Part shown: positions 21,723 to 30,439 of the stretch, piece after piece
How positions within the stretch are numbered: the stretch's first letter is position 1
How the letters are laid out: each line of letters starts with the position of its first letter
Assembly: GCA_035458445.1 (NCBI GenBank)
Contig: DATHZU010000235.1
Location: 1 to 35,474 of the forward strand
Direction: 5' to 3'
DNA: 35,474 nucleotides
Source of the DNA: Thermohalobaculum sp.
GTDB lineage: Bacteria; Pseudomonadota; Alphaproteobacteria; Rhodobacterales; Rhodobacteraceae
Program-made: the position numbers and the translations under genes
Notes under the pieces: generated by a model
Seen by the model: the letters and a program-made list of their open reading frames with translations, nothing else
Told to the model about the DNA's origin: nothing
Databases searched by the model: none

Positions 21723-23048
21723 TCATCCGACCGCCAATCGTAGTTCCGCGGCCTGCGGCCGCGGGATCGGGGCGACGGCCGGCGCGGCCGCGCCGGTTTC
21801 GGCCAGCAGCGTTTCATAGGGGTCGAGCGGCGCCAGCATCGCCTGCGGCAGCGTGGCAAGGAGTTCGTCGATCCCGGCCTCGGAATAGAACGAACCGCGC
21901 AGCTGCGACGTCTGGATCAGGAACTGGCGGAACGCCCAGTAATGCGCCTGCCGCGGCGGCCGTGGGGCGGCAAAGAAACGTGCCAGCGGTTGGTCCGAGG
22001 TCAAGCCGGGGCGCGCATAGACCGCATCGCCCAGGGCGGCCACTGGCAGTCCTCGCCACAGCGCCTGTTGCCCCGCGGTCGAATTCACGGTCACCACGCT
22101 CCGCGCGCCATCCAGAAGCGCCGAAAGGCCGTTTCCGCCGTCGAGGAACAGCACCCGTCCGGCCACGCCGTGATGCGCCGCTTCGTCCGCGATGACGCGG
22201 CCCAGCCGCTCGCGCCCGTCCTCGAATGGATGGGCCTTGAAGACCAGAAGCTCGTCAGGCGCAGCGCCGGCTGCAAAGCCCGCGACACAGTCGGCGACGA
22301 ATTCCGCGGAGCAGCGATAGGGCGAATGGAACTGCATCGCGCTGTCGAACGAGAGTTGCAGCAGGGCCAGATTGTAGGTGCGGCCCGCCGCCAGCAGCCG
22401 CCAGACCTGGAATCCCTGGGCCGCCCGGCGCAGGGGCAGGCTCGCGAGCCGGGAAAGATAGAGACCCAGCTCGGCCCACAGGCCCCTGCTTCTGCGGCTG
22501 CGGTAGCGCCCGTAGGCACGCGATGGCATCAGAAGCCGCAGGTAGTACCTTGCCGAGTGCCACATATGGGCGCGATGGCTGCCCCAGCGGTCGGGGACCT
22601 GCTCGGCCGGCGGCTCACACGGACCCAGCGCCCGCATAATTCGGTCGAGGCCGATCTCGTTCAGCAGCGAGTTGCCGTTGCTGCCCCCCCGCTCGTAGGT
22701 GGCCCAGTGAGGGCGCAGATACCCCTCCTCGAGACAGTGGCAACGGATGCCGCGGGCGCGGGCCAGGTCAATTGCTTGGGCGTGCTCGGGACGCGAGTCG
22801 CCGTAGAGAACGATGTCGGTGACCCAGTGGAGAGAAAGATACCGGACCAGCCAGGCCGCGTAGGAGGCCTCCGGCCCGACATAGCGGTCCAGCGGACCCG
22901 CGGCCTGCCATTCCGCCTCGTCCGCCGCGTTGAAGGCGACCCGCCGGACCTTGGCGCCCAACCGCGCCATCTCGAGTGCAAGGTCGCGGAAGAACGGCCC
23001 GTGTGGACCCTGAAGAAACAGGAAGACGCGACCGCTTGCCTCGTTCAT
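21723..23048 (-). CDS. kpsS: Capsule biosynthesis protein KpsS (beta-Kdo transferase family)
   Basis: FLFLQGPHGPFF, EEGYLRP, GSNGNS, LQLSFD, FKAHP, VTVNSTAG motifs; start set at ATG 23048. Confidence 0.88.
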   Translation of the reverse strand: MNEASGRVFLFLQGPHGPFFRDLALEMARLGAKVRRVAFNAADEAEWQAAGPLDRYVGPEASYAAWLVRYLSLHWVTDIVLYGDSRPEHAQAIDLARARGIRCHCLEEGYLRPHWATYERGGSNGNSLLNEIGLDRIMRALGPCEPPAEQVPDRWGSHRAHMWHSARYYLRLLMPSRAYGRYRSRRSRGLWAELGLYLSRLASLPLRRAAQGFQVWRLLAAGRTYNLALLQLSFDSAMQFHSPYRCSAEFVADCVAGFAAGAAPDELLVFKAHPFEDGRERLGRVIADEAAHHGVAGRVLFLDGGNGLSALLDGARSVVTVNSTAGQQALWRGLPVAALGDAVYARPGLTSDQPLARFFAAPRPPRQAHYWAFRQFLIQTSQLRGSFYSEAGIDELLATLPQAMLAPLDPYETLLAETGAAAPAVAPIPRPQAAELRLAVG

Positions 23049-23240
23049 GCCACTGCTGGTCCCCTGGCCGGTCACGCCCGATACTCGATGGGTCAGCGCT
23101 ACCACGGCGAAGGTTAATGGACGGCTTACGCCGCGCGGGCTTTCGGCCCGCCAGCCGCGCCAATGCCTTGCCCCAACCAATGGCTTTCTGTATCGCTGGC
23201 GCCCAGACCCCGCTGGGGGACAAGTTCAGAGGATCGCCGC

Positions 23241-23843
23241 ATGTTCACCGGGATCATCCGCGAGGTCGGCACGCTGCTCGCCCGGCGCGACGCCGGCGAC
23301 ACCTATCTGCGAATCGGTTGCCAGCGGTCGCCCGAGACCATCGAGATCGGCGCCTCGATCGCCTGCAACGGAATCTGCCTGACGGTGATCGAGACCGGGT
23401 CAGACAACGGCCAGAACTGGTTCGAGGTCGCGGCGTCGGCGGAAACCAAGTCGAAGACCACTCTGGGCGGCTGGCAGCCCGGCCAGCGGATCAACCTGGA
23501 GCCCGCGCTCAGGCTGGGCGACGAGATGGGCGGGCACATCGTCTCGGGCCATGTGGACGGGGTTGGGGAAATCACCGCGATCCGGCCCGAAGGCGACAGC
23601 CATCGGCTGACGATCCGGGCACCGGAAGGGCTGGCGAAATTCATCGCTGCCAAAGGCTCGATCTGTGTCGACGGCATATCGCTGACCGTGAACGAGGTCG
23701 CGGGCGCAGCCTTCGGGGTGAACATCATTCCGCACACCTGGTCGGTGACCAGCCTCGCAGGGGCGGAACCGGGCGCGCGAGTAAATCTGGAAATCGATTT
23801 GCTGGCGCGGTATGTCGCCCGCCTGAACGAAATGACGGGCTGA
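23241..23843 (+). CDS. ribE: Riboflavin synthase
   Basis: Invariant N-terminus MFTGII; GASIACNGICLTV, GGHIVSGHVDG, KGSICVDGISLTVN, VNLEID. Confidence 0.97.
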   Translation: MFTGIIREVGTLLARRDAGDTYLRIGCQRSPETIEIGASIACNGICLTVIETGSDNGQNWFEVAASAETKSKTTLGGWQPGQRINLEPALRLGDEMGGHIVSGHVDGVGEITAIRPEGDSHRLTIRAPEGLAKFIAAKGSICVDGISLTVNEVAGAAFGVNIIPHTWSVTSLAGAEPGARVNLEIDLLARYVARLNEMTG

Positions 23844-23870
23844 ATCCCGCGCCGCACTCCGGAGCCTCCG

Positions 23871-24986
23871 ATGACCGAAACCGACTACAGCGACTACATC
23901 TCGACGGTCGCCGAGATCATCGACGAGGCGCGCAACGGGCGCATGTTCATCCTGGTCGATCACGAGGACCGCGAGAACGAGGGCGACCTGGTGATCCCGG
24001 CGCAAATGGCCACACCCGACGCGGTCAACTTCATGGCCATGCACGGGCGCGGGCTGATCTGCCTGGCGATGGAGGCCGAGCGGCTCGACAAGCTGGGGCT
24101 GCCGATGATGGCGCCATCCAACAGCTCGCGCCACGAGACCGCGTTCACCGTCTCGATCGAGGCCCGCGAGGGCGTGACCACCGGCATCTCGGCCCATGAC
24201 CGGGCCCACACCATCGCGGTGGCGATCGACCCGAAGTCCACCCCCGCCGATATCGCGACGCCTGGCCATGTGTTCCCGCTGCGTGCCCGCGAGGGAGGCG
24301 TGCTGATGCGGGCCGGGCATACCGAGGCAGCCGTCGACGTGGCGCGCCTGGCGGGCCTCAGCCCGGCCGGCGTGATCTGCGAGGTGATGAAGGACGACGG
24401 CTCGATGGCCCGGTTGCCCGACCTGGTTGCCTTCGCGCAGCGGCACAACCTCAAGATCGGCACCATTTCGGACCTGATCGCGTACCGCCGCCGTCACGAC
24501 AACCTGGTCCGCGAAGCCGCTTCCGAGACCATGACCTCGACCATCGGGGGCGAGTGGAGCATCCGCATCTTCACCGACCAGACCGAAGGCGCCGAGCATA
24601 TCGCCCTGGTCAAGGGCAAGGTCGACGACGGCGAACCGGTCCTCGTGCGGATGCACGTTCTGGACCCGCTGGACGATCTGCTGGCGCTGCATGCCGAGCG
24701 CTGGCAGCAGGTACCGGATTCGATGGCCGCCATCGCGTCGGAGGGGCGCGGCGCCATCGTGATCCTGCGCGACATGTCGCCGAACGCGATCTCGGCCCGG
24801 CTGAAGGGCGGGGGCGCCTCGCCGAAGGAATTGCGGCAGTATGGCGTCGGCGCCCAGATCCTGGGCGCGCTGGGCGTGACCGAGCTGATCATGCTGACCA
24901 ATTCGCCCGCCCCCAAGGTGGTTGGCCTCGAGGGCTATGGCATCACCATCATCGGCACCCGGCCGATCCCGAAGCGGTGCGAGTGA
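23871..24986 (+). CDS. ribB: 3,4-dihydroxy-2-butanone-4-phosphate synthase fused to a degenerate GTP cyclohydrolase II-like domain (RibBX type)
   Basis: DHEDRENEGD, FTVSIEA, TTGISAHDR, PGHVFPL, RAGHTEA; the C-terminal domain lacks the zinc-binding Cys residues of RibA. Confidence 0.93.
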   Translation: MTETDYSDYISTVAEIIDEARNGRMFILVDHEDRENEGDLVIPAQMATPDAVNFMAMHGRGLICLAMEAERLDKLGLPMMAPSNSSRHETAFTVSIEAREGVTTGISAHDRAHTIAVAIDPKSTPADIATPGHVFPLRAREGGVLMRAGHTEAAVDVARLAGLSPAGVICEVMKDDGSMARLPDLVAFAQRHNLKIGTISDLIAYRRRHDNLVREAASETMTSTIGGEWSIRIFTDQTEGAEHIALVKGKVDDGEPVLVRMHVLDPLDDLLALHAERWQQVPDSMAAIASEGRGAIVILRDMSPNAISARLKGGGASPKELRQYGVGAQILGALGVTELIMLTNSPAPKVVGLEGYGITIIGTRPIPKRCE

Positions 24987-24987
24987 C

Positions 24988-25518
24988 ATGGCCTCGCACG
25001 AGCAACATGGCGTCCTGCCCCTGCCCGAGTTTACACCAGCACCGCGGCTGCTGATCGTCGCGGCCCCGTTCTACCGGAAGATCGCCGACGACCTGATCGC
25101 GGGTGCCCGGGCGGTGCTGGACGCAGCCGGCGCGGTGCACGAGCTGGTCGAGGTTCCGGGCGCGCTGGAAGTGCCGGTCGCGATCCGGCTGGCCGCCGCC
25201 TCGGGCGCCTTCGAGGGTTATGTCGCGCTCGGCTGTATCATCCGCGGCGAGACCACCCATTACGACACGGTCTGCAATGACAGCTCGCGCGGCCTGATGC
25301 TGCTGGGCATCGAGCGCGGGCTGGCGATCGGCAACGGCATCCTGACCTGCGAAAACATGGCCCAGGCGGCGGTGCGCGCCGACCCCTCCGAGATGGACAA
25401 GGGCGGCGGCGCGGCAGCGGCGGCCCTGCATCTGGTGGCGCTGGCCCGGCGTTTCCGGAGACGTGCCTCGGGCGACGTTCTGCTGGCGGCCTCGGGCGGC
25501 GAGCCGGGGGCGGCCTGA
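24988..25518 (+). CDS. ribH: 6,7-dimethyl-8-ribityllumazine synthase
   Basis: VPGALEVP, ALGCIIRGETTHYD, GNGILT, DKGG; ATG 24988 directly after the ribB stop. Confidence 0.95.
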   Translation: MASHEQHGVLPLPEFTPAPRLLIVAAPFYRKIADDLIAGARAVLDAAGAVHELVEVPGALEVPVAIRLAAASGAFEGYVALGCIIRGETTHYDTVCNDSSRGLMLLGIERGLAIGNGILTCENMAQAAVRADPSEMDKGGGAAAAALHLVALARRFRRRASGDVLLAASGGEPGAA

Positions 25519-25519
25519 C

Positions 25520-25999
25520 ATGCCCTCCAAAGCCCACGAGGAGGCGCGGCTGGCGCGCTCGGCCGCCCGGCTGGCGGCGGTGCAGGCGCTTTACCAGATG
25601 GAGATCGGCGGCGCCGACTGGCAGACCGTTCGCCGCGAGTTCGAGGATCACCGCCTCGGCGCCGAGATCGAGGGCGCCCAGTACCGCGAGGCCGATATCG
25701 AGCTGTTCCGCGACATCCTGAAGGGCGTCGTCGCCCGGCAGGCGACCATCGACCAATTGACCGACCGGGCGCTGGTCGAGAAATGGCCGCTGGGCCGGAT
25801 CGATGCAACGCTCCGTGCCATCTTCCGCGCCGCCGGGCACGAATTGACCGCCCGCCTAGACATCCCGCCGAAGGTGTGCATCGGCGAGTATGTCGACGTG
25901 GCAAAGGCGTTTTTCGAAGGCGGCAAGGAAGCGAAGTTCGTGAACGCCGTGCTCGACCACATGGCCCGCGAGGCGCGGCCGGAGGCGTTCGCGGGGTAG
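25520..25999 (+). CDS. nusB: Transcription antitermination factor NusB
   Basis: RSAARLAAVQALYQME, WPLGRID, EYVDVAKAFF, FVNAVLD; canonical position after ribH. Confidence 0.96.
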   Translation: MPSKAHEEARLARSAARLAAVQALYQMEIGGADWQTVRREFEDHRLGAEIEGAQYREADIELFRDILKGVVARQATIDQLTDRALVEKWPLGRIDATLRAIFRAAGHELTARLDIPPKVCIGEYVDVAKAFFEGGKEAKFVNAVLDHMAREARPEAFAG

Positions 26000-26259
26000 C
26001 CGGCGATCGGCGGCCCCAATCATTTCCACCACTTGACTGGACACCGATCCGAGGTGTCGAGCCGGCCTCCGGCAGACTCAGATGCTTACATCGAGTCGGC
26101 CTTCGTTGCACAACGGCCGCGAAGCGTTTCAGGTCCCTCGTAGCCGCCTTCATCAAACTCAATCCGATCAAAGCCGCGCCACCTAATCATTTGTAATGGC
26201 GCTGAATTCACCGGTCGGGACTGGCTTCCCGCGCTTGAATACCGCGTTACAATCTCCGA

Positions 26260-26288
26260 TTGAGAGGTCGTGAAATATATGATATCAT
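26260..26288 (+). promoter_or_regulatory. Putative sigma70-type promoter of the uncharacterised operon
   Basis: TTGAGA (26260-26265), 17-nt spacer, TATCAT (26283-26288) in a conspicuously AT-rich patch about 50 nt before the ATG at 26340. Confidence 0.6.
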
Positions 26289-26339
26289 TAGAGAATGTAG
26301 AGTGAATTTCCTATGAGTACAGATTTTGGGAGATCGATT

Positions 26340-27470
26340 ATGAGCGCGCATCCGGCGCGGGTGACTTCCGATCCAGAGCTCGAAAACCCGCACCGCGTCG
26401 TCATCCGGTCCGTCGGGTCGGCGGTGCCGGCGAGCGCAGCCTCGGTGGCCGCGGGGCTTGGTGTTCCGGTGCGCCGTGTGGTCGAAGCCTTCTACCGCGC
26501 GCCGGCCGTACTGGTCGATCAGGTCAGCCCCGAGATCGCCGATAGCATGGCCAAGTTGCTCGGCGAGCTCGGCTACGAGGCGGATGCCGAGCCGGAAACC
26601 GTCCCTCGGCTGGAGCCTGAGCAACTCTTCGACGTCGCGGTCCATGTAGAGGATGTCCAGCAATACGCCGCGATCGTCGCGGCGCTGTCGAGATTCATCG
26701 GATCGAGTGACGAGGAGGCTGCCAGGTTGCTCTCCACTCCGCCTGCGATCGTGTTGGGCGGCGTCAGCGCGGCCACGGTCGCGGCATTGAAAGTGGCGCT
26801 CGGCGCAGGGGCGAGCGTGGTCCATTCGGACCCCGATGTGGCCGCCTACGACCTGTTCCTGGCGCAATGCGAACCTCGAATCGCCGATCAGGTGCTGGCC
26901 GACCTGCGCCGCCGTGGTCACGAGCCACTGGGGCGGGGCGGCTGCATTTTGACGGGCCTGGAACGGGTCGAGGCGGACGGGCTGTGGGCGCAGCACCAGA
27001 AGACCGGCGCGCTGCGGGTCGTCAACCGCGATTTCCTGCGCTTCGACGTGGTGCTGACCGGCCCGGCGGCCGCCACACCGACAGCCGAACAGACGGCCGC
27101 GCTGACCGAGGTCGCCGGCATTCCTGAGGCAGTTGTCCCGGCGGTCTTCGGCGAGTTGCCGATCACCCTGATGGATGCGGTCCCGAGCGCCGATCTGCCC
27201 CGGATTCTGGACGCCCTTGCCGCGGCGGGGCTGGAGGTCAGCGCCGAGTTGGTGACCTTCCTGCATCTGGGGCTGGAGATCGTCGCCGCCGAGTCGCCGC
27301 GGCGGCTGCAGGGCACCCTGACCGAACTCGGCATCCTGAAGGCGGGCGAGATGCTTCCGCGGCTGCCGTTCCGGCTGCCCTATCACATGCCCGAACTCCA
27401 GGCCCGGCTGATGCGCGATTCGCTGGCCGGCATCGGCGTGCGCGCGATGCTGGTGGAGGCACCGGGATGA
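26340..27470 (+). CDS. Hypothetical protein built of about five tandem L7/L12-CTD/ClpS-like repeats
   Basis: Repeats such as FDVAVH..ALSRFIGSSDEEAARLLSTPPAIVLGGVS..VAALKVALGAGA and FDVVLT..LTEVAGIP..ELPITLMDAVPSADLPRILDALAAAGLEV. ATG 26340 has GGGAG 7 nt upstream (ATG 26313 also possible). Confidence 0.7.
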   Translation: MSAHPARVTSDPELENPHRVVIRSVGSAVPASAASVAAGLGVPVRRVVEAFYRAPAVLVDQVSPEIADSMAKLLGELGYEADAEPETVPRLEPEQLFDVAVHVEDVQQYAAIVAALSRFIGSSDEEAARLLSTPPAIVLGGVSAATVAALKVALGAGASVVHSDPDVAAYDLFLAQCEPRIADQVLADLRRRGHEPLGRGGCILTGLERVEADGLWAQHQKTGALRVVNRDFLRFDVVLTGPAAATPTAEQTAALTEVAGIPEAVVPAVFGELPITLMDAVPSADLPRILDALAAAGLEVSAELVTFLHLGLEIVAAESPRRLQGTLTELGILKAGEMLPRLPFRLPYHMPELQARLMRDSLAGIGVRAMLVEAPG

Positions 27471-28087
27471 GCAGGGCCGCCGATTCACGCAATGGCAACG
27501 GGCGGGCCGCCCACGACATCCATTTTGGCATCGCCGAGGCCGGCAAGCTCGCCGCCCTGGCCGGAGACCATCGCGAGGCCCTGCGCCATTACCGCGAGGC
27601 CCTGCGGATGGCGGTCTCGGCGGGTTCGCCCGAAGTCTTCTTCCGGCATTACACCCAGTGCGTGCTGGAGAGCCTGGAACTGCTGGGGGATTATGACGCG
27701 ATCATCCAGTTCTGCGAGAACGCCGACGCCCATTACGCGACTCTGTCGCAGCCCAATCCGCTCCTTGCCCGGGACCACGGGTCGGTGCTGGAACGCCTGG
27801 GCGCCGTGCATCTGAAGGCCGGCCGCCAGGCCGAGGCGAAGGACGCACTGACCCGCGCGCTGGACACTGCCGGCGCAGGCCGGTTGCCGCTGGCCGCGAC
27901 CTTGCTGGGATGGTTGAGACGGGGCCTCTGCCCAGACGTTACGCGGATCACCGAGACCCAGAAGAAGCACAAGTATTTCACCGTCCGCCGCGATCAGGTG
28001 GACAAGACCCGTGCCCGCCCGATGCCGAAGGGCAGCGGCGGCACACCCACATCCGTGGCCGGATTCAACGCCGCCGACGTCCCCTGA
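27467..28087 (+). CDS. TPR-like helical protein
   Basis: AGKLAALAGDHREALRHYREAL and LGAVHLKAGRQAEAKDALTRAL TPR patterns; ATGA overlap with the upstream gene; GGAGG RBS. Confidence 0.75.
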   Translation: MSRAADSRNGNGRAAHDIHFGIAEAGKLAALAGDHREALRHYREALRMAVSAGSPEVFFRHYTQCVLESLELLGDYDAIIQFCENADAHYATLSQPNPLLARDHGSVLERLGAVHLKAGRQAEAKDALTRALDTAGAGRLPLAATLLGWLRRGLCPDVTRITETQKKHKYFTVRRDQVDKTRARPMPKGSGGTPTSVAGFNAADVP

Positions 28088-28132
28088 CGACGGTCCAACC
28101 CGCCGCGGGAATCGCGGCATGGAGGTATTAGG

Positions 28133-29929
28133 ATGCTTGACCTCGAAGACATGACCCCCGGACAGGTATTGGCCGATGCAAGCGTTGCCGAGTTCATCAA
28201 GACCCTCGGCCTCTCGATCGCCGAGGCGCAGAAGGCGCTGGACGAGAACTCGGTCGACCAGATCGGCGAGTTCATCACCCCGCGCGAAGGCCTGGGCGGG
28301 CGCACGCTGCTCGACATGGGGCTGTCGCCGGCGTTCTACCATTACCAGCATGCCGACATCAGCTGCTCGCTGCAGCTGAACCTCAGGGTCGAAAAGGACC
28401 TCAGCGTCGGGCTGAACCTGTCGGGATCGTTCAGCGATACCACCACCTCGGACGAGAACCGTACGGCTTCGAGCTCCAGTACCGAGAGCGGATCGGAAAC
28501 CCGCACCTCCGAGCGCACGGCCAGCGTCAATATCGAGGCCCAGAGCCAGGGCGCGCTGACCATCGGCGGGCGCAATTTCCAGCTCAGCGGCGACGACCCC
28601 TTCACCCGCATCCGCAACCTGCAGGAAGCTGTCACCGCGGATGACGCGGCCGGCGTGCCACGGCTGCTGTACCGGCCAACGCCGCGCACCTTCCAGATCA
28701 CCACCGACGCGCCGGCGGACAAGGTCCAGACCACCACGAACACCATCTCGTTCCAGGGAGGCGGGTTCGACCGGGCAGTGATCCAGGTCGATACCGACGT
28801 GGCCACCGATTACCGCTTGAACGCGTCCACCACAGTCAGCACGACCGCGCAGGGCTCGGTCTCGACCTATGCCGATCATGTTGCGGCACAGATAAACGCG
28901 GCAGGGATGACCGCCTTCGTCGTCGGGCCGAGCACGCCGCTGATGAAGACCTATTTTCGGACCGGGCGCCACCACCTCGAGACCTTCAGCACGGGATCCA
29001 CCACCTATAACGACAGCTTCGCGCAGCGGCTGATGGAACTGGCACAGTTCATTCGCCTGCACAGCATCCCGGTCGAAATCGAAGGCTATGCCGATGCCCA
29101 GCCCTATCGCGGGCAGGGGTCATCGAGTTCGGACCAGTCCAATCGCGACCTCGGCGACCGGCGCGCGCACGAAATTGAGCGCTTCCTGCTTGCCAACGGG
29201 GTGCAATCGTCGCTGATCACCATGGTGCCCTCGCGCGGCGCGGCCGATGCGCAGGCCGCTGGCGGTCCGGAGGACAACGTGAACTTCCGCCGGGCCGAGG
29301 TTCGCACCCGCGGGCGCACCGCCTATTACATCTTCGTCCGCGCGCCGAACTCCAGTTTTACGATCGAGAACGTCTCGCCGGACAAGCTGACGCCGCCGCT
29401 GACCCCGGGCAACGGATTCATCTTCCTGTACCGGCCGCAGCCGCTGGCGCTGGCGGGCAAGAAAGTCACCATCGACGGGACCGAATTCGGTTTGAGCGGT
29501 GCCGCCGGCGGCGGCCATGGTCCAGGCACTCCCTCGGCCCATGCCCATAACCTCAGCACCGCGATCAACGGGAATGCCGCGGTCGACTTCACATCGTCGG
29601 CCGAGGCAAACGTGGTCACGGTCTTCGGCAAGACCACGCCCTTCGAGTTGACGCTGGTCACCTCGGAGACGCGACAGATCCAGATCAGCGGCACCGAGGG
29701 TATCACCATCACCAGACAGTTCACGCGCAGCCAGAGCAGCAGCCTGACGCGGCAAAACACCGGCAACCGGACGGTGGCGGTGGGGGCCTCGCTGGATGTG
29801 CGGTTCTCGCGGCAATACGAGATGAACGTGACGGGCAATTCCTCGATCTCGGCGCGTCTGGTCTCGATACCCGCACCGCCGCAGTTCCTCGAGACCATCA
29901 GGGAATTCCTGAGCGGCAACCAGAACTAG
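28133..29929 (+). CDS. Core-module paralogue 1 with a large internal insertion containing an OmpA/MotB-like domain
   Basis: N-terminal LGLSIAEAQKALDENS / LLDMGLSPAFY and C-terminal SSISARLVSIPAP match the downstream paralogues; internal VEIEGYAD..NRDLGDRRAHEIERFLLANGV..NFRRAEV; GGAGG RBS. Confidence 0.8.
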   Translation: MLDLEDMTPGQVLADASVAEFIKTLGLSIAEAQKALDENSVDQIGEFITPREGLGGRTLLDMGLSPAFYHYQHADISCSLQLNLRVEKDLSVGLNLSGSFSDTTTSDENRTASSSSTESGSETRTSERTASVNIEAQSQGALTIGGRNFQLSGDDPFTRIRNLQEAVTADDAAGVPRLLYRPTPRTFQITTDAPADKVQTTTNTISFQGGGFDRAVIQVDTDVATDYRLNASTTVSTTAQGSVSTYADHVAAQINAAGMTAFVVGPSTPLMKTYFRTGRHHLETFSTGSTTYNDSFAQRLMELAQFIRLHSIPVEIEGYADAQPYRGQGSSSSDQSNRDLGDRRAHEIERFLLANGVQSSLITMVPSRGAADAQAAGGPEDNVNFRRAEVRTRGRTAYYIFVRAPNSSFTIENVSPDKLTPPLTPGNGFIFLYRPQPLALAGKKVTIDGTEFGLSGAAGGGHGPGTPSAHAHNLSTAINGNAAVDFTSSAEANVVTVFGKTTPFELTLVTSETRQIQISGTEGITITRQFTRSQSSSLTRQNTGNRTVAVGASLDVRFSRQYEMNVTGNSSISARLVSIPAPPQFLETIREFLSGNQN

Positions 29930-29938
29930 GGGGCTGTC

Positions 29939-30409
29939 ATGGCCAGTGTCGTTCCACAAGTCACACGCTCGCTGGTCTCGGCGCCGCTGCCGCAGATCAT
30001 CGAGAAGCTCGGGGTGGCGATCGCACAGGCCCAGATGGCGCTGGACCAGAACTCGGTCCAGATCGCCAAGGAGCTGTCCGAGACCGAGGTCGAGATCGGC
30101 AACCGGTCCCACAACCTTCTGTCGCTGGGCTTCACCCCCACCTTCTATGCCTTCACCGAGGCTACGGTCGAGGCGAAGCTCAGCTTCACGATGACCGAGA
30201 GCACCGAGATGTCGGTCAATGTCGGAGTACAGGCCGGGGTCAATGCCGGGATCTTCATGGCCGCCGCCTCGGTCGACGTGGGCTATGCCCGGAAGTTCTC
30301 GGTCTCGTCGTCCGGGACCAGCTCGATCGCAGCGCGGCTGGTCTCTCTGCCGCCGCCGGAGATCTTCATGCAGTTGCTGAAACGCGAGTACCAGCAGGAA
30401 ATCGCCTAA
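29939..30409 (+). CDS. Core-module paralogue 2 (minimal 156-aa form)
   Basis: APLPQIIEKLGVAIAQAQMALDQNS, LLSLGFTPTFYAF, SVDVGYARKFS, SSIAARLVSLPPP. Confidence 0.85.
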   Translation: MASVVPQVTRSLVSAPLPQIIEKLGVAIAQAQMALDQNSVQIAKELSETEVEIGNRSHNLLSLGFTPTFYAFTEATVEAKLSFTMTESTEMSVNVGVQAGVNAGIFMAAASVDVGYARKFSVSSSGTSSIAARLVSLPPPEIFMQLLKREYQQEIA

Positions 30410-30439
30410 TTTGAATCGACATCGGAAAAGGAGAAGAAC

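Noticed and set aside
23049-23240. FMN riboswitch ahead of ribE-ribB-ribH
   Set aside because: No RFN-element conserved segments are visible in the 192-nt divergent gap.
26221-26240. Sigma54 promoter (TGGC...TTGA) upstream of the unknown operon
   Set aside because: Spacing and the -12 element do not fit TGGCAC-N5-TTGC.
28943-29305. ZorB/MotB stator or TssL-type assignment for the OmpA-like protein
   Set aside because: No N-terminal TM helix and no MotA/ZorA partner; the domain is internal to a different scaffold.
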